Assembly (NCBI GenBank): GCA_973895155.1
Contig: OZ316891.1
Span: forward strand, 22,773,884-22,837,883
Direction: 5' to 3'
DNA: 64,000 bases
DNA from: Marsupella aquatica
Lineage: Eukaryota > Plantae > Marchantiophyta
Shown here: positions 12,238-24,161 of the stretch, piece after piece
How the letters are laid out: each line of letters begins with the position of its first letter
Numbering within the stretch: position 1 is the first letter of the stretch
Position numbers and translations under genes: made by a program
Notes under the pieces: model-generated
Database searches by the model: none
Told to the model about the DNA's origin: nothing
The model's input: only the letters and a program-made list of their open reading frames with translations

Positions 12238-13534
12238 ATCCCCTGTAACAAGATATAATTAAAATGGGCATGTTATGACCAAAACATACCACAAAATGAA
12301 ATAAATCAAAGTTCCCAAATAATGATGACAAGAAACCCAAACCAAAATGACCATAGCAATAAAAAAGGTACCTTTATGAGACCCGGGCTCAGCAGTGCCA
12401 ATAGGTCTTGTGGCTCTAAGATAATTAATGAACCCAATCTGAAAGTATGAGGGAAAAGCTGCAACCATTCCATGTATATGTAAGCACAATAATCTGGACT
12501 AGACAAGAATAAAAAACCCTATATACATGTCCCCTTTATACATAGTGGCAACCAAAAGTGTTAAGTACATGAAAGGAACACTTTAGCCGATCATGCAATG
12601 TTTACCTTTCAGATGCCCGGGCTCTCACAATGCATATGCATTAGTATCAAATCATCAAAAAGTGCCGCACCCTGCAAGCTATCATATATTCCCCTCCTTT
12701 GTTAGCAAAACCCATGCCAATCCCCTTTTGATTCATAAACCCAATGAACCTCTCTTAAACCCAAAAGGCTGCAATATAAATCTCATGAAACCTTGCTTTG
12801 TCTTATCCAAACCTTCAACCCCAAACCGCATCCTACCTATTAAACCTAAATCTGACTTACACACAAACCCAAACCTTTCTTCAACCCTAGAGACCTTTCT
12901 ATTTAAAACCCCAAACCCTAAAACCCTAAACCCAAACCTTACTTATTTCTTGTAAACCAAATCCCACACCTTTATTATTTCTTCTAAACTAATGTAAACC
13001 CAAACCTTAGCCTAAACCAACACCATACATAACCCATTAACCTGAAATCTGCCTAACCCTTCAAACCCGCCTTCAACTATTATCTAACACCCAAAACATG
13101 GCCAAAGAGCATTCCAAATATGAGTATAGAGGGGTCCACTTCACCTTTGAAAAAAACCCTTTCAAATGAAACCAACATTCCCCCAGGACGAGTTGCCAAT
13201 GTCTTGCGAAGCCGCTTCCTTCGCAAATACCATCACAAATTAGAATTGAGGTTTGCGAAGCTGCTGCTTTCGCACGACCTTCAGAAAAACAGAGCCCGAG
13301 AGCATTTTTGCGAGAGAGCGAAGGTGTTGCAAAGCCTTTCACGTCGCAATGGTTTCGCAAAATTGAGAAACTATATGCAAAACAAGAAGAATTGCAAATT
13401 GCAAAACGGGTTGCTTCGCAAGTCTTTCCCGCTTGTACTTTTGCACTCGGCCGCGGCGTACTCAACGGCATTTGACAAATTTCAAGCGTAGGGAGGGAGA
13501 AGGGAGCTCGCGCGCGCTCGGGGGTGGCTTGGCT

Positions 13535-15505
13535 ATGGATTCCAGTGGAGCAAATGGAGGTGATGGGGCAAGGGTGAGTGACAGTGGCAATGGGAATGAA
13601 GGCAATGGGGAGCAGGAGAGGAATCGATGGACCGATTTGATGGCTGAGCACCTCAATGCAGCACAATTGAGCCACTTAGATTTGACTACACCAGCAGGGA
13701 TTGCTTCTTTGAGTGCAATCCTTGGGCAAGCCTTGCAAACGGGAGTAGATGCAGGGAACATTGCAAGGGAGGAGGAGCAAAGGAGTGCAACTCAACAGAA
13801 GGCAAGAGAGAAGAAGCATAAGAAGGAGGAGAGGGCCAAGGCAGGAGTAGTCTCACCTGCTGCCCTAGAAAAGAAGAGGAGGAGAGAGGAACGAGATGAG
13901 ATAAGAGCACAGCGGGAGGAGCAGCGAAAGAAGGAGGAAGAGAGGAAGAAGCTGCCTATGATTGCCTTGATCGAAGGCATTCCTACTGAACTGGCCTACA
14001 CCGGGGCAAAGAGCACTATCAGGCTTACGGTGCGCTCCAATTTTGCACGAGGAGTTGAGTGGGGGAAACTCAGCAAGGCAGACCAGAAGAAAGTAATGAG
14101 TCAAATCAAAGATTCATTTCGAAATGGAGCAGAGATTGATGAACAATGGCTTGCAGATAGAATTTCCAATTCAATGTCTCAAGCACGGTACCATGATAGG
14201 AAGAAGGTAAGGGCCTACCTGACAAACTTGGAGGAGTACAGAAACGTGAGGAGGCCACTGCAATTCACTGAGGACGTGTGGAATGCCTTTTACAAAGTGG
14301 AGGTGCAGATGAGAGCTGCCAGGAACCTTCTCTTCTGGAAGGAGATGGAAGCCAAGGCACAGAAGGCCGGGAAGTCCGACCGAGAGCTCAAGGCAATGGC
14401 TGAGAAAGTGTCTCACATGCAGCACATTGTGGATGAAGTGGGTGCACCACCCCAAAAATTCATCCTTGCAGCTGAGCGAGTCAGCAAACGGCCCAAGACC
14501 ATGCACAAGATGGGCCAAGGTGGACTTCCCAGCCTCAAAGCACACTTTGTGAGTGGGCCCTCTCCTCTCCTCCCCTGCTTCTGTTTCCTTGCTTTCAATT
14601 GCTATCCAAACCTGCAATGCCCCCCCTGCATACCTCTTGTTTCTTTCTTACGGCCTGCCTTGTACTTTAGGTCACCCTGACACATTGCGTGCCTTAGAGA
14701 TTTCTCGGAATTTTTTAAAAACAGAGTTTGCGAAGCTTTTGCGATGCGGGTTGCTTCGCAAATGTTTCGCAAAGTCTATCATGGCATTTTTTAAAGTTGT
14801 AAATGCGAAGCTATTGCAAAATAACTCGCTTCGCAAACTACTTCGCAAACAGCCAATTTATTTGAATTTGCAAAGTGGGGAGTTTTGCAAGTGTGTATTA
14901 TGTTAAAAAAAAACCGCTAAGGGTTATTGAGCCCAGTTTTGTGTTAGGGGGCACCCTATTAGCACCTCCATGCATTTTTCTTGGGTTTATAGCATATTAA
15001 CCTCGATCGATTTTGGTTTTGGAATGTTTGGTTGTGGTAGTATAAGAGGTACCGCAGGAAGATAACAGCAAAAGAGATGGAGATAGGAGCTGCGCATGGA
15101 GCCAAACATCTCTTTGACTTGGTTGACGCAGAGTTGGCGACTGTAAGTGCATGTATCCCCTTCAGTTTTTCCCACCCAATCCACTTATCTTTTCATTCCG
15201 TAAACCTAAACCAATTTGGCATTGTGCTGTGCAAACAGGATGATGAGGATGCCAGTGATACCAGCAGCACCGATGAGAACAATGAGGGGACCACGACAAA
15301 GGGGCCCAAGGTAGGAGGGAGTAGTGGATCTGGACCAGTAGGAGGAGTTTCCCAGCAGGAGGGGGAGGAAGAGGATGAGGACGAGGACGAGGAGGAACCA
15401 GATGTGGAGGAGCAGCCAGCACCACCTCCTGTGCCACGTCCGGATCGTCACAAGAGAGACAAGGGGAAGAGGCCGGCGACAAGGAGTAGGAGGACCCCAT
15501 TCTAG
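13535..15505 (+). CDS. CACTA accessory protein, TnpA/Ptta-like; predicted exons 13535-14548, 15041-15142, 15239-15505
   Basis: Open frame with EWGKLS, RPLQFTEDVWNAF and HKMGQGG. Phase-0 GT-AG junctions join it to an acidic last exon. Confidence 0.65.
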
Positions 15506-16326
15506 AGCTTGGTGGTGTAGTGCCTATGGGATGCCCATTTACTTAGTGTAGTATATAGTTTTGATATGGGTAGTCTTATAGGGACCTAGCTTGTCATATG
15601 ACACCCATCTAGGGTTTAGGGTTTAGGAAACCCTAATTTTTGTGTACCTATCAATTTTCTATAAAGCAATTTTGATTCAGACCTCATTCTCCGTGTTGGA
15701 CAACAAGACCCCAACCATAATTCAAAACTCTAAATCTAAACCCTAGCCTCAAGACATCTTGCAAAACCTATGCGAACAACCCAATTTGCATATTTACCAT
15801 ATTGAAGGTATCGCAAACATTATGCAAACCACATACGTTCACAAAAATGCGAAGCCATGTTCATGGCATAACTACCATTAACTTAATATCGCAAACTGAT
15901 TACCAAACTTCTGGGATTGCAAATATTTAACTGCTTGATTATTATCGCAAGCCTCTCGCGACGCATACGGAGTCACTTAAATGTGAGTCCTTTGCAATTC
16001 TATTAGTGTCGCAAGTTGCGAAGGCGTTGTGAAGGTCTTGCGAAAGACCGGATGCAAACCTTTGGGCTTCGCAGTTTGCGATTCTATTGCGATGCGCGAT
16101 ACTTCGCAAAGACGAGTTTTGTTTTTTGATTTCCTTTGTTGTTTGCGATGCTTTCAAGTTCGCAAAAGGTGTAGGTAGTGTTGTAGTGAATAATTAATTA
16201 AAGCAATCATAAAGTATCCAAGTCCAATTACCTCCACCTATTCAAACTAGTATCCCAAAATATTATAATAATTAGTTACTTAAATAGATATACTACTTAG
16301 TACTAACCAACAGTAAGTACTAAAAA

Positions 16327-16460
16327 CATGTCTGATTCCAAACTAATTGACATAGACTCCCTCACTCTGACATGTCTGATTCCAAACTAATTGACATAGA
16401 CTCCCTCACTCTGACATGTCTAATTCCAAACTAATTGACATAGACTCCCTCACTCTGACA
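16327..16460. repeat. Tandem repeat, 3 x 44 bp
   Basis: catgtctgattccaaactaattgacatagactccctcactctga at 16327, 16371 and 16415. Confidence 0.95.
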
Positions 16461-17605
16461 GAGTGACTACTAAAAAACATTTGACTTACTCAACAATAAC
16501 ACAGTGACGGACCAAACGAGAAGTATGACCACCAAATGAGAAGTGTATTTTTGATTTTGCAAAAAATGGCAAAAAATCACTAAAATTAAGATCAAAAATG
16601 CTATTTTGAGGATGAATCCAAAATTGCATCCAACATCGGATTTCAAATCGAGATACTGTGGACACAAAAACAAAGAATTATCACAATCCAGAATTCTGAT
16701 ACACGTCATCTAAAAAAAGGGCAAATTCCAAAACCTAGAAAAATAATGCTTTTCACGTGATCCTTCTAAAAGCTAAATCCGAGCGTCAAACAAACGAGAA
16801 AAACACAAGATTTCATTTTCGCCATCAAAATGGCAAACTGAAAATGGGATACGACGTATCCCATTTCGGATTCAACCGTTGAACGTGGACAAAAACCGCA
16901 CCAAATCATTCTCTTGACGCTTCCATTTAACCTCGGGTTAAAAATATTTGAATTTTCAACTGCGGTAAAACCAAAAACTGCAAAAAACTGATCGCGCGGA
17001 CTACAGTCGACCCACACACTTAGTTAAGTTAACCCGACATCTTTGGAATTTTTTTAGCCCCTAATGCATGATGAATACCAAACGGGATCCAAGTATCCAC
17101 TATCGCATTCAACCTCAATATTTTCTACCTGCAACTTTGCATCTGGAGATCTTTCGACATGAATACTAACTGAGATCCATGGATCCCATTTTTTTTGCAG
17201 GTCCAAAAACTCATTGGAAAAATAAGAGGATGAATACCATATGGGATCCATGGATCCCATCTACATTTTGAAGTTTTTGCATCGCTTACCTTGATATTCC
17301 AATTTGACGACCAATTGGGATCCACGACTACTCCTCAAAAATCTACAATTTAAATTTCAGCATTCCTTGAAAAGACAGACTCTCACTTGAAAAAACCCTT
17401 GTACGGACCAATCAGGGAATGCCATGTGTACAATGCCCCCAAAAACTACAAAAGGAAGAGCTTGCATCTATTTTTCATCTTCATTTCTTGCGATTACTTT
17501 GAGGTTTGTTCAGTATTGAGTAGTTGTTTTCATAGAATACTGTAATCTAAATTATCTCTGTTGGATAGGAATACGTACTCCTATACAACCCTTGTTTGAT
17601 TCTCT

Positions 17606-20600
17606 ATGGCGTCTTCAAGTGATGAGTCAATTTATAGTTCAGATGCATCTTTGCCAGATGTTGTTCAAAAATTTATTCCATCTCGTTTGATGAATGAATT
17701 ACCAGCCTCACAGAGAGTAGTGCCAGAGATTTCATTTTCCTAAGAATTTGAGAAATCAGAGTCTGATTCAGAGTCTTGTAGGAGTGTTGTGGGTGCTCCA
17801 ATTTCATACTATGTCTCTCCAAGTAAACCTCTTAAACGACGTCTACTTGTAAAGAAGCCTAATGTAGTTCCTACGACAGAGACACCTGGTTCTCCGCGAA
17901 CCCCGACAGATCTTCAAAGATGAAGGCCCCGGTTTTTAATGCCAAGAAAAATGTTACCATGTAGGCCCGCCCAAAGATCTCCGTTGGTTTTCCAATGTCT
18001 CATTCTCCAGGAGTGAAGATAGTTGTGTCCAGTGTTCAATCACAGTTTGAGCGAATGAGGAGTCCAAATGTGCCGGAATTGCAGGGAGGGGCAGCCTCGG
18101 AGCAAAATTTGGTGGGTCGAATACCAAGTGGGAATTTGGTGGGTCGAATACCAAGTGGGATCCCACTTGGTATTCCCTACTCGAATGTTGAGAAATGGTG
18201 AACGCAAATTGCCTATTTCGTCTCCTTCAGTACCAATTTCCATGGGTCAAGTACCAAGTGGGATCCATGGATCCCACTTAGTATTCCCTCGTGGTATTTT
18301 GCAGAATCCTGTGCCCGAGTCACTGGTCTTGTGGACTTCCAACCCGAGTTCCGATGGTGGAATGCGAAATGGGATACGTGGATCCCAGTTTGTATTGCAC
18401 AACGGAAAATTACCAAGTCATGACGCAGAATAGCAAGTGGGAAAGTTTTTATTTTGAAGTTCCGAAGGACAAATACGAGTTGGGATCCATGGATCCCAAT
18501 CGGTATTCCCATCAGTTATTTCACCGAGTGGTCAAACTAACAACATGGGGCTTTGAAGCCCTTTGGCGAGGATGCAGTGTGAGGTTTTTGGATCTTCCAT
18601 TGGATGGCAAGTGCAGAACGAAAGAGGGAAGAGATCTAGTGTCCAAAAAATTACTTGGAGATTGTTGCGAAGTGAGTTGCCGGAGAGAGGGCCCAAAAAT
18701 CCAAAGGTACATGCTAAATTGAAACTTGTCCAAAAATTATTCAATGGTCAAGATGAGCCCTCAAGTCGAGAAGAATCACCTAGGCTGGGATTACAATCTT
18801 AGAGACAAGTAGGCGGTACTCCAACTGAAGATGTGAATATCATTAGAAGATTTCAAACTAGAAATCTCCGAACACCTATTACATTTTCAGAAGACTCTGA
18901 AGAGAGATGAGAGGAGGCTGCAAATGACAGAGAGACTACTTTAATCTCAAATGTTGTTGAAGAGATCCTGGGATGTGAGATTGTTCATGAAACAATTACA
19001 GAAAATGTGGAGAGTGGAAACAATTCTATAGAAGATCTTTTTGTTTTGAATTCTAATTCACTAGAAAATAGTGGGGGGGGTAAGTTCTCCCGACATTATT
19101 CAGGATAGAGTAGAGGTGACAAGACCGAGCAAAAAAATCAGAGATCAGATGATTAGAAAAGATAGACTTACCATTGCAAATCTAAAAAAGCGCAAAATTA
19201 AAGATATTTTTAAGTATCCCTGTTGTGACAAGTTTTGCTTGAGGTCTCTGGGTCTAGAGGAATGCTCAAAACAACGCAAGTATTATTTTGGTCTTAAACA
19301 CTTGCAGAAAAATATTTTGCTACGAGGTTGTATCATGAACAGTAGTAGTACTTCTCGTGGATATAGTGTAAACAGACAACCTATATGTAGAGGAGGATTC
19401 AAGAAACTATATTCTTTAGGTAATAATAGATTGGCAACAATCCATGCAAACATGTTTATAAGGATTGAACGATATACCTTTTGTAAGGAAGACTCACCTT
19501 CATTTCTAAACTTGGTGGAATGGTTGAAAGATTTTTTCCAAAAACATATGGATAGTCTTCCTCATAAAGAGATTCATCACTTGCCAGACAATTGGACAAA
19601 GCAAGAGATACATGGAATCTTTGAAGCTGAAACAATGTTGCAAGAAGAACAACAAGTTACATATTCTTATTTTTTGCGTGTTTGGAAAAAAAGTTTCCAA
19701 ATGTACGAATTCCTAAAAGGAGTCGATTTTCTACTTGTGGTCCTTGTACTGAATTCAAGACTCTTCGGGACAAAGCAACAACTAAAGAAGATAAAAGTAA
19801 GTTCCACTAACTATAACCTTCAACTTTAATTTGATGACATGTACTTCAATATTTGTCAAAGTTTATCCTTAGTTATTGATTTTTAATTCATTGTTATTGT
19901 ATCATTTCAGGAAAGTACATCAATGCCCTTATGGAGCATCAAAAAGTACAATCATTGGAAAGGATGAAGTTAGCCAAGCATCGTAAAAAATGCTATGATG
20001 AACCCAACAAGTATTTGGGTATTTGTATAGATGGTATGGATCAAAAGAAAACAGAGCTACCACATTTTCTTCGTTGTCCAAAGAACATGGATGAAAAACA
20101 TTTCATTCCAATACATGTTGTAGGTTGTCTCATCTTCAACAGGAACCTTGCAGCAAAAGTATTTTTGACATATCCCAATATCCATAATGATGCAAACTTG
20201 ACCATACATGTTATTCAAAATGTATTGAATACATGGGATGGGACATTACCAAGAGTGTTATATCTTCAATTAGATAATACCACTAGGGAAAACAAGAATA
20301 AATTTTTGATGGCTTATCTTCACATGTTAGTAGATTTGAAGATTTTTGACAAGATTAAAGTGGGTTTTTTGTTGGTCGGTCATACACATGACCAGATAGA
20401 TTAGATGTTTAGTAAATTTTTGTCTAGGTTAAACAAGCACAAAGCATTTCGCTTGGAGACTCTTGAGGATATTATTCGACGAGCATATTCACCTGAAGCT
20501 TTGATCATATTTGTGGATGAAGTAGCCGATTTTCAAAAATTTGTCAATGAAACCGACCAGCCAAATGAGAAGGGAGTCTCAGGTAGAGTCTTGAGAGATC

Positions 20601-21510
20601 TCAATCTCATAACTTTTCAAAGGCAATTCAGATTCAAACGAGTCATGGAGGATGGAAACGAAGAGACAACATTTCACGGGAAACATCTTTCCACGACCCA
20701 AGATTGGGGAGATGCAGTGACGTTCGTCAATTACATTCCAACTTCAAGAATGTGGGTTGCTGCACAAATGTCACTAAAGTCAGCGAAAGGTGTTGAGAGG
20801 GATGGTGTCCATGATTCTTCCAACACAGATGGTGCATTAACTACTCTAGTGAAATATGAAAAAGCTATTCAGGAAGGTTTCAATTACTTTGACAATGAAG
20901 ATAAACTTTGGTGGATGAGTTTTTTTGAGAAACAAAAAGATATTATCAAAAACCACCTAGAGGAAGGTGAGTGGTTATTTGAGTGGGTTTGGCCGCAACA
21001 AAATCAAGATGCAACACTTCCAAGGGTGAGAAATGAACTTGTTGAAGAAGGTGTTGATCCAACTTTGGTTGACAATGTTGTTGGACCATAGAGAATTATG
21101 TACTCCGGACCTCGACGAAAGCAAGCTGAATTTGGAGATTTCAGAGATATGGAAGTTAACAATAAGTGGTCCATGATATGTGTAGCAGCACACAAGGATC
21201 CAGAAGGCAAGTTGTTTTGGATGGCAAAGGTGTCAAAGAATTTGACAACAACTGCAGACATTCCTAAGAGAATCAAAATCACATGGTACACAATTGAGGC
21301 AAGTGCTGAGTTTGCTATTGATGGGAAATATTTTCCAGAGAAAGATAATATATCTAATCGACTTCTCCAAGATGAACTAGTTCTATCATCAACAGCGGTG
21401 TATGCATACAACTCTGCGCTTTTAAGTACTTATCAAATAGCAGCAAAAACTAAAAAAATATTATAGAGTCTGCTATATTAGAGCCAGGTTCTTCACCTTC
21501 AGAGGATTGA
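17606..21510 (+). pseudogene. Sola1-like/DUF7869-type DDE transposase; intron about 19797-19910; stops and frameshifts
   Basis: CCDKFCL, HLPDNWTK, FSTCGPC, ICIDGMDQKKTELPHF, LQLDNTTRENKN, FLLVGHTHDQID*MFS (TAG at 20402). The 5' start is tentative. Confidence 0.8.
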
Positions 21511-21599
21511 GATTGATGTCCTTAAACAGGTACATGCATCAATTTTAGAATTTGATCTCGAATGAGTTTTCTAAGGTTACATGCTCTTTTAGAGTTGTA

Positions 21600-22490
21600 C
21601 CATTTTTCGGTAAATAAAGACTGTGCATCAAGGCATTGTGTAATATGCCATTGAATTCTGATTTTGTCCATATTTTGAAGAACAAATAGACCACAATCTG
21701 AATTGTTTGGTTGTTGAGGTACCTGAGAAAGAATCTTAAAGTTAGTCCAAAGTGTTTAATAATTGAACTAAATCAAAGTTGAAATAACTTTTCAAATCCT
21801 TACCATTGGATTGTAAATCTCCACAACTCCCATTGGAACTTTTCCAAAAAATAATTCCCATTCCATTGTAAAATATCTGCAAATTATCATTCAAAGTTCT
21901 TAGTCCAAAGTGTATATTTATATACCACATAAATAATTAAAATGGAAAAAATGTAATAGAATACATACATACCTGCTCAGTATTGATCCAATTACATGGG
22001 TTGAGTGTAGACCGGCGAGAGAGTCTAGATGATACATTTTGATCAAAGATTCAATCCGATCCAAACATATTACAACCAGACTCCAGTGCATGCTCATGTG
22101 AATTGGCATGAGAATGACCTCAATTTGGGAAAATGGTGGCCTGTAATAATTCCGCATCTTTTGAATTGATTCCAACAAGGTCTTAGCTGGTTCTGTTTCA
22201 ATCCTTGAAACAAGCCAAGGGTAAAAAAAAAGGATACTGTGTTTACTGAGGGAGCCAGATCTCCATGTTCCTCGGTTATTAATTGTGGGTAAAATTCAAT
22301 TATTTCATCACCCAAATATTGACCGGGTTCAAGTTGGCTCAATATTTTATTATCCAAAAGAAATCCACTAGAAGGATTGTGTGAGAATCTATGCAGAACA
22401 TGTTTCAATACAAAATTCTCTTTTGGTTCCTGCAAAGACACTACTTTGTGAAATAAGAACATAGTCGAACAATCATAATCTTCCTCAATA
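21600..22490 (-). pseudogene. Ulp1/C48 SUMO-protease domain (3' part of the cargo gene)
   Basis: LEPGQYLGDEIIEFY, PIHMSMHWSLVVI (His), YHLDSL (Asp), and after an intron VPQQPNNSDCGLFVL (Gln/Cys, about 21720-21680). Boundaries are approximate. Confidence 0.85.
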
Positions 22491-22772
22491 TTTCACAAGT
22501 TTGGATCAATAGATACAACATGAGAGAACTAATCAAACTAAAGTCTACACCTCAAGGAATGGGCCAAGATCAAGTGCCGTAGCTTCATGTTCCATTTCAT
22601 CCTCTTCATCCTCATCATTGTCGTTCTCCTCCGCCATTGTAATGATGCAAGTTCCAGTGGTGAGGGTGCTCGTAGTACCACCAATAGGTGGTTGAACCTC
22701 GAAGCTCATGGGTCCTGTACCCTCCTTGGTTGCTTCATCATTCAAGTCCCACAATTCATCAAGCGTGACAAG

Positions 22773-23654
22773 TCAAGTCCGGATACAATCCACCTGGCTT
22801 GAATTGAGCTCCACGGATGTCACCAGACGTTTCCCTAACAAGACAGCGCATGAGGTTGAACCACTCCCCGCACATAAATCAGCAACCCAATCCCCTGCTT
22901 CACTAAAATATTGAATGAACCAATCTGCTAGAGCTATCGACTTCTGGTAAGGGTTCACTATTTCCCCCAATGGTGTTACACATTTCTTTGTAACACAAGG
23001 GACTTTTATGATGTTTACCATTTTCTCATCATGTTCAAAATTGTACATGTCTCTGGTCCTAATACCACTCTCGTGATAATATTCGATTGACCAGTTTTCA
23101 AAAGCCCAAGCCAATCGATTTCCGGAAGGATGAGCATATATATTTGGCTTCTCCCAAATTCCAGCCTCGACTCCTGCGTTACAAGTTTTTCCCAGGGCAT
23201 TCATCACAGACCAAGTTTGCTGCAAAGAGTGAATCACAACAAACCTCCATATCTTTGAACTTGTCACCTTGGCAAAACACTTCACCATATCCACAATATC
23301 ACTCTCTAAAAATGGGACCTCATTATTTTCAGAGCCAGGCGCATTGAATCCATAAGGAATGTCTGCAATTGCAAGTGTGTAATTCCTTTTCTCTACAAAC
23401 TTATCCAGCGCCCTGACATCTCCACAATGCAATGTATATATGATGAAATTTCCATCAGCATTTTTCCATCGATGGTCACTCGACTCTGCTTCAACCGTTT
23501 CAATCCCACAATGACGGTTGTAGTTCTCAATCGCTTCTTGAACATAATTCTTAAACCCCGGGGGAATAACACTCAAATTCAGCTCCTCCAAAGGCTTCTC
23601 AACCGCATCGGCACCAATTGCATCCTTGTTCTTCTTCTTCGAAAAAGCTTTCAA
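22773..23654 (-). CDS. Beta-class amino (N6-adenine or N4-cytosine) DNA methyltransferase exon of the cargo gene
   Basis: LHCGD, AIADIPYG (motif IV, DPPY-like), GIWEKPN, PYQKSIALADWFIQYFS, GDWVADLCAGSGST (motif I), VTSVEL. Motif order IV before I indicates the beta class. Phase-0 acceptor at 23655. Confidence 0.88.
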   Translation of the reverse strand: MKAFSKKKNKDAIGADAVEKPLEELNLSVIPPGFKNYVQEAIENYNRHCGIETVEAESSDHRWKNADGNFIIYTLHCGDVRALDKFVEKRNYTLAIADIPYGFNAPGSENNEVPFLESDIVDMVKCFAKVTSSKIWRFVVIHSLQQTWSVMNALGKTCNAGVEAGIWEKPNIYAHPSGNRLAWAFENWSIEYYHESGIRTRDMYNFEHDEKMVNIIKVPCVTKKCVTPLGEIVNPYQKSIALADWFIQYFSEAGDWVADLCAGSGSTSCAVLLGKRLVTSVELNSSQVDCIRT

Positions 23655-23739
23655 CTGCAAACGCAAACTTGTTAAAAGAATCCGAAGAAAAGACAATGGG
23701 GAGACAACCATTTAGGTATTCAAACAATCAAATTTGGAC

Positions 23740-24055
23740 GACGAATGCGACATGGGATACCTCGTATCCCACTTTGCATTCAACCAAGCAAAAACCCCAT
23801 TGAAACATCACCAACGTCAAATAACCACAAGTGAATCCGAGATGGGATACCCCGTATCCCACTTCGTATTCCACCAAGCAAAAAGCACATTGAAACATCA
23901 CCAACGTCAAATAACCACAAGTGAATCCGAGATGGGATACCCCGTATCCCACTTTGCATTCCACCAAGCAAAAACCAAATTGAAACATCACCAACGTCAA
24001 ATAACCACAAGTGAATCCGAGATGGGATACCCTGTATCCAACTACGTATTCAAAC
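23740..24055. repeat. About 3.5 x 90-bp tandem repeat with GGGATAC-N3-GTATCCC palindromes, inside the cargo-gene intron
   Basis: Palindrome cores at about 23753, 23843, 23933 and 24023. Confidence 0.92.
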
Positions 24056-24161
24056 AAGAATTCCAGGAAGGAAACCACCCAAATTCTTAAAACCATATAA
24101 GATTAGTCGACCATATGAGAAACAAATAGAAAAGTCCAATCAATGGAAGGAGAGAACATAC

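Larger units (their letters stand above)
6453..16188 (-). mobile_element. Complete CACTA (En/Spm) element, 9.7 kb, carrying a SET-domain exon
   Basis: TIRs CACTACAACA (6453) and TGTTGTAGTG (ends 16188). 3-bp TSD AAT on both sides. Subterminal TTTGCGAA/TTCGCAAA repeats. Confidence 0.95.

Noticed and set aside
12905-12940. Telomere-like AAACCCT tracts (also about 15611)
   Set aside because: Only 2-3 degenerate units inside a CACTA; at most telo-box motifs.
22773-23711. Bacterial contamination or a restriction-modification system
   Set aside because: The MTase is joined by spliceosomal introns, lies inside a TSD-bounded eukaryotic transposon, and has no nuclease partner.
23728-24096. Repetitive 118-122 aa ORFs (also 26143-26514 and 37125-37352)
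   Set aside because: They are by-products of the 90-bp and 28-bp repeats.
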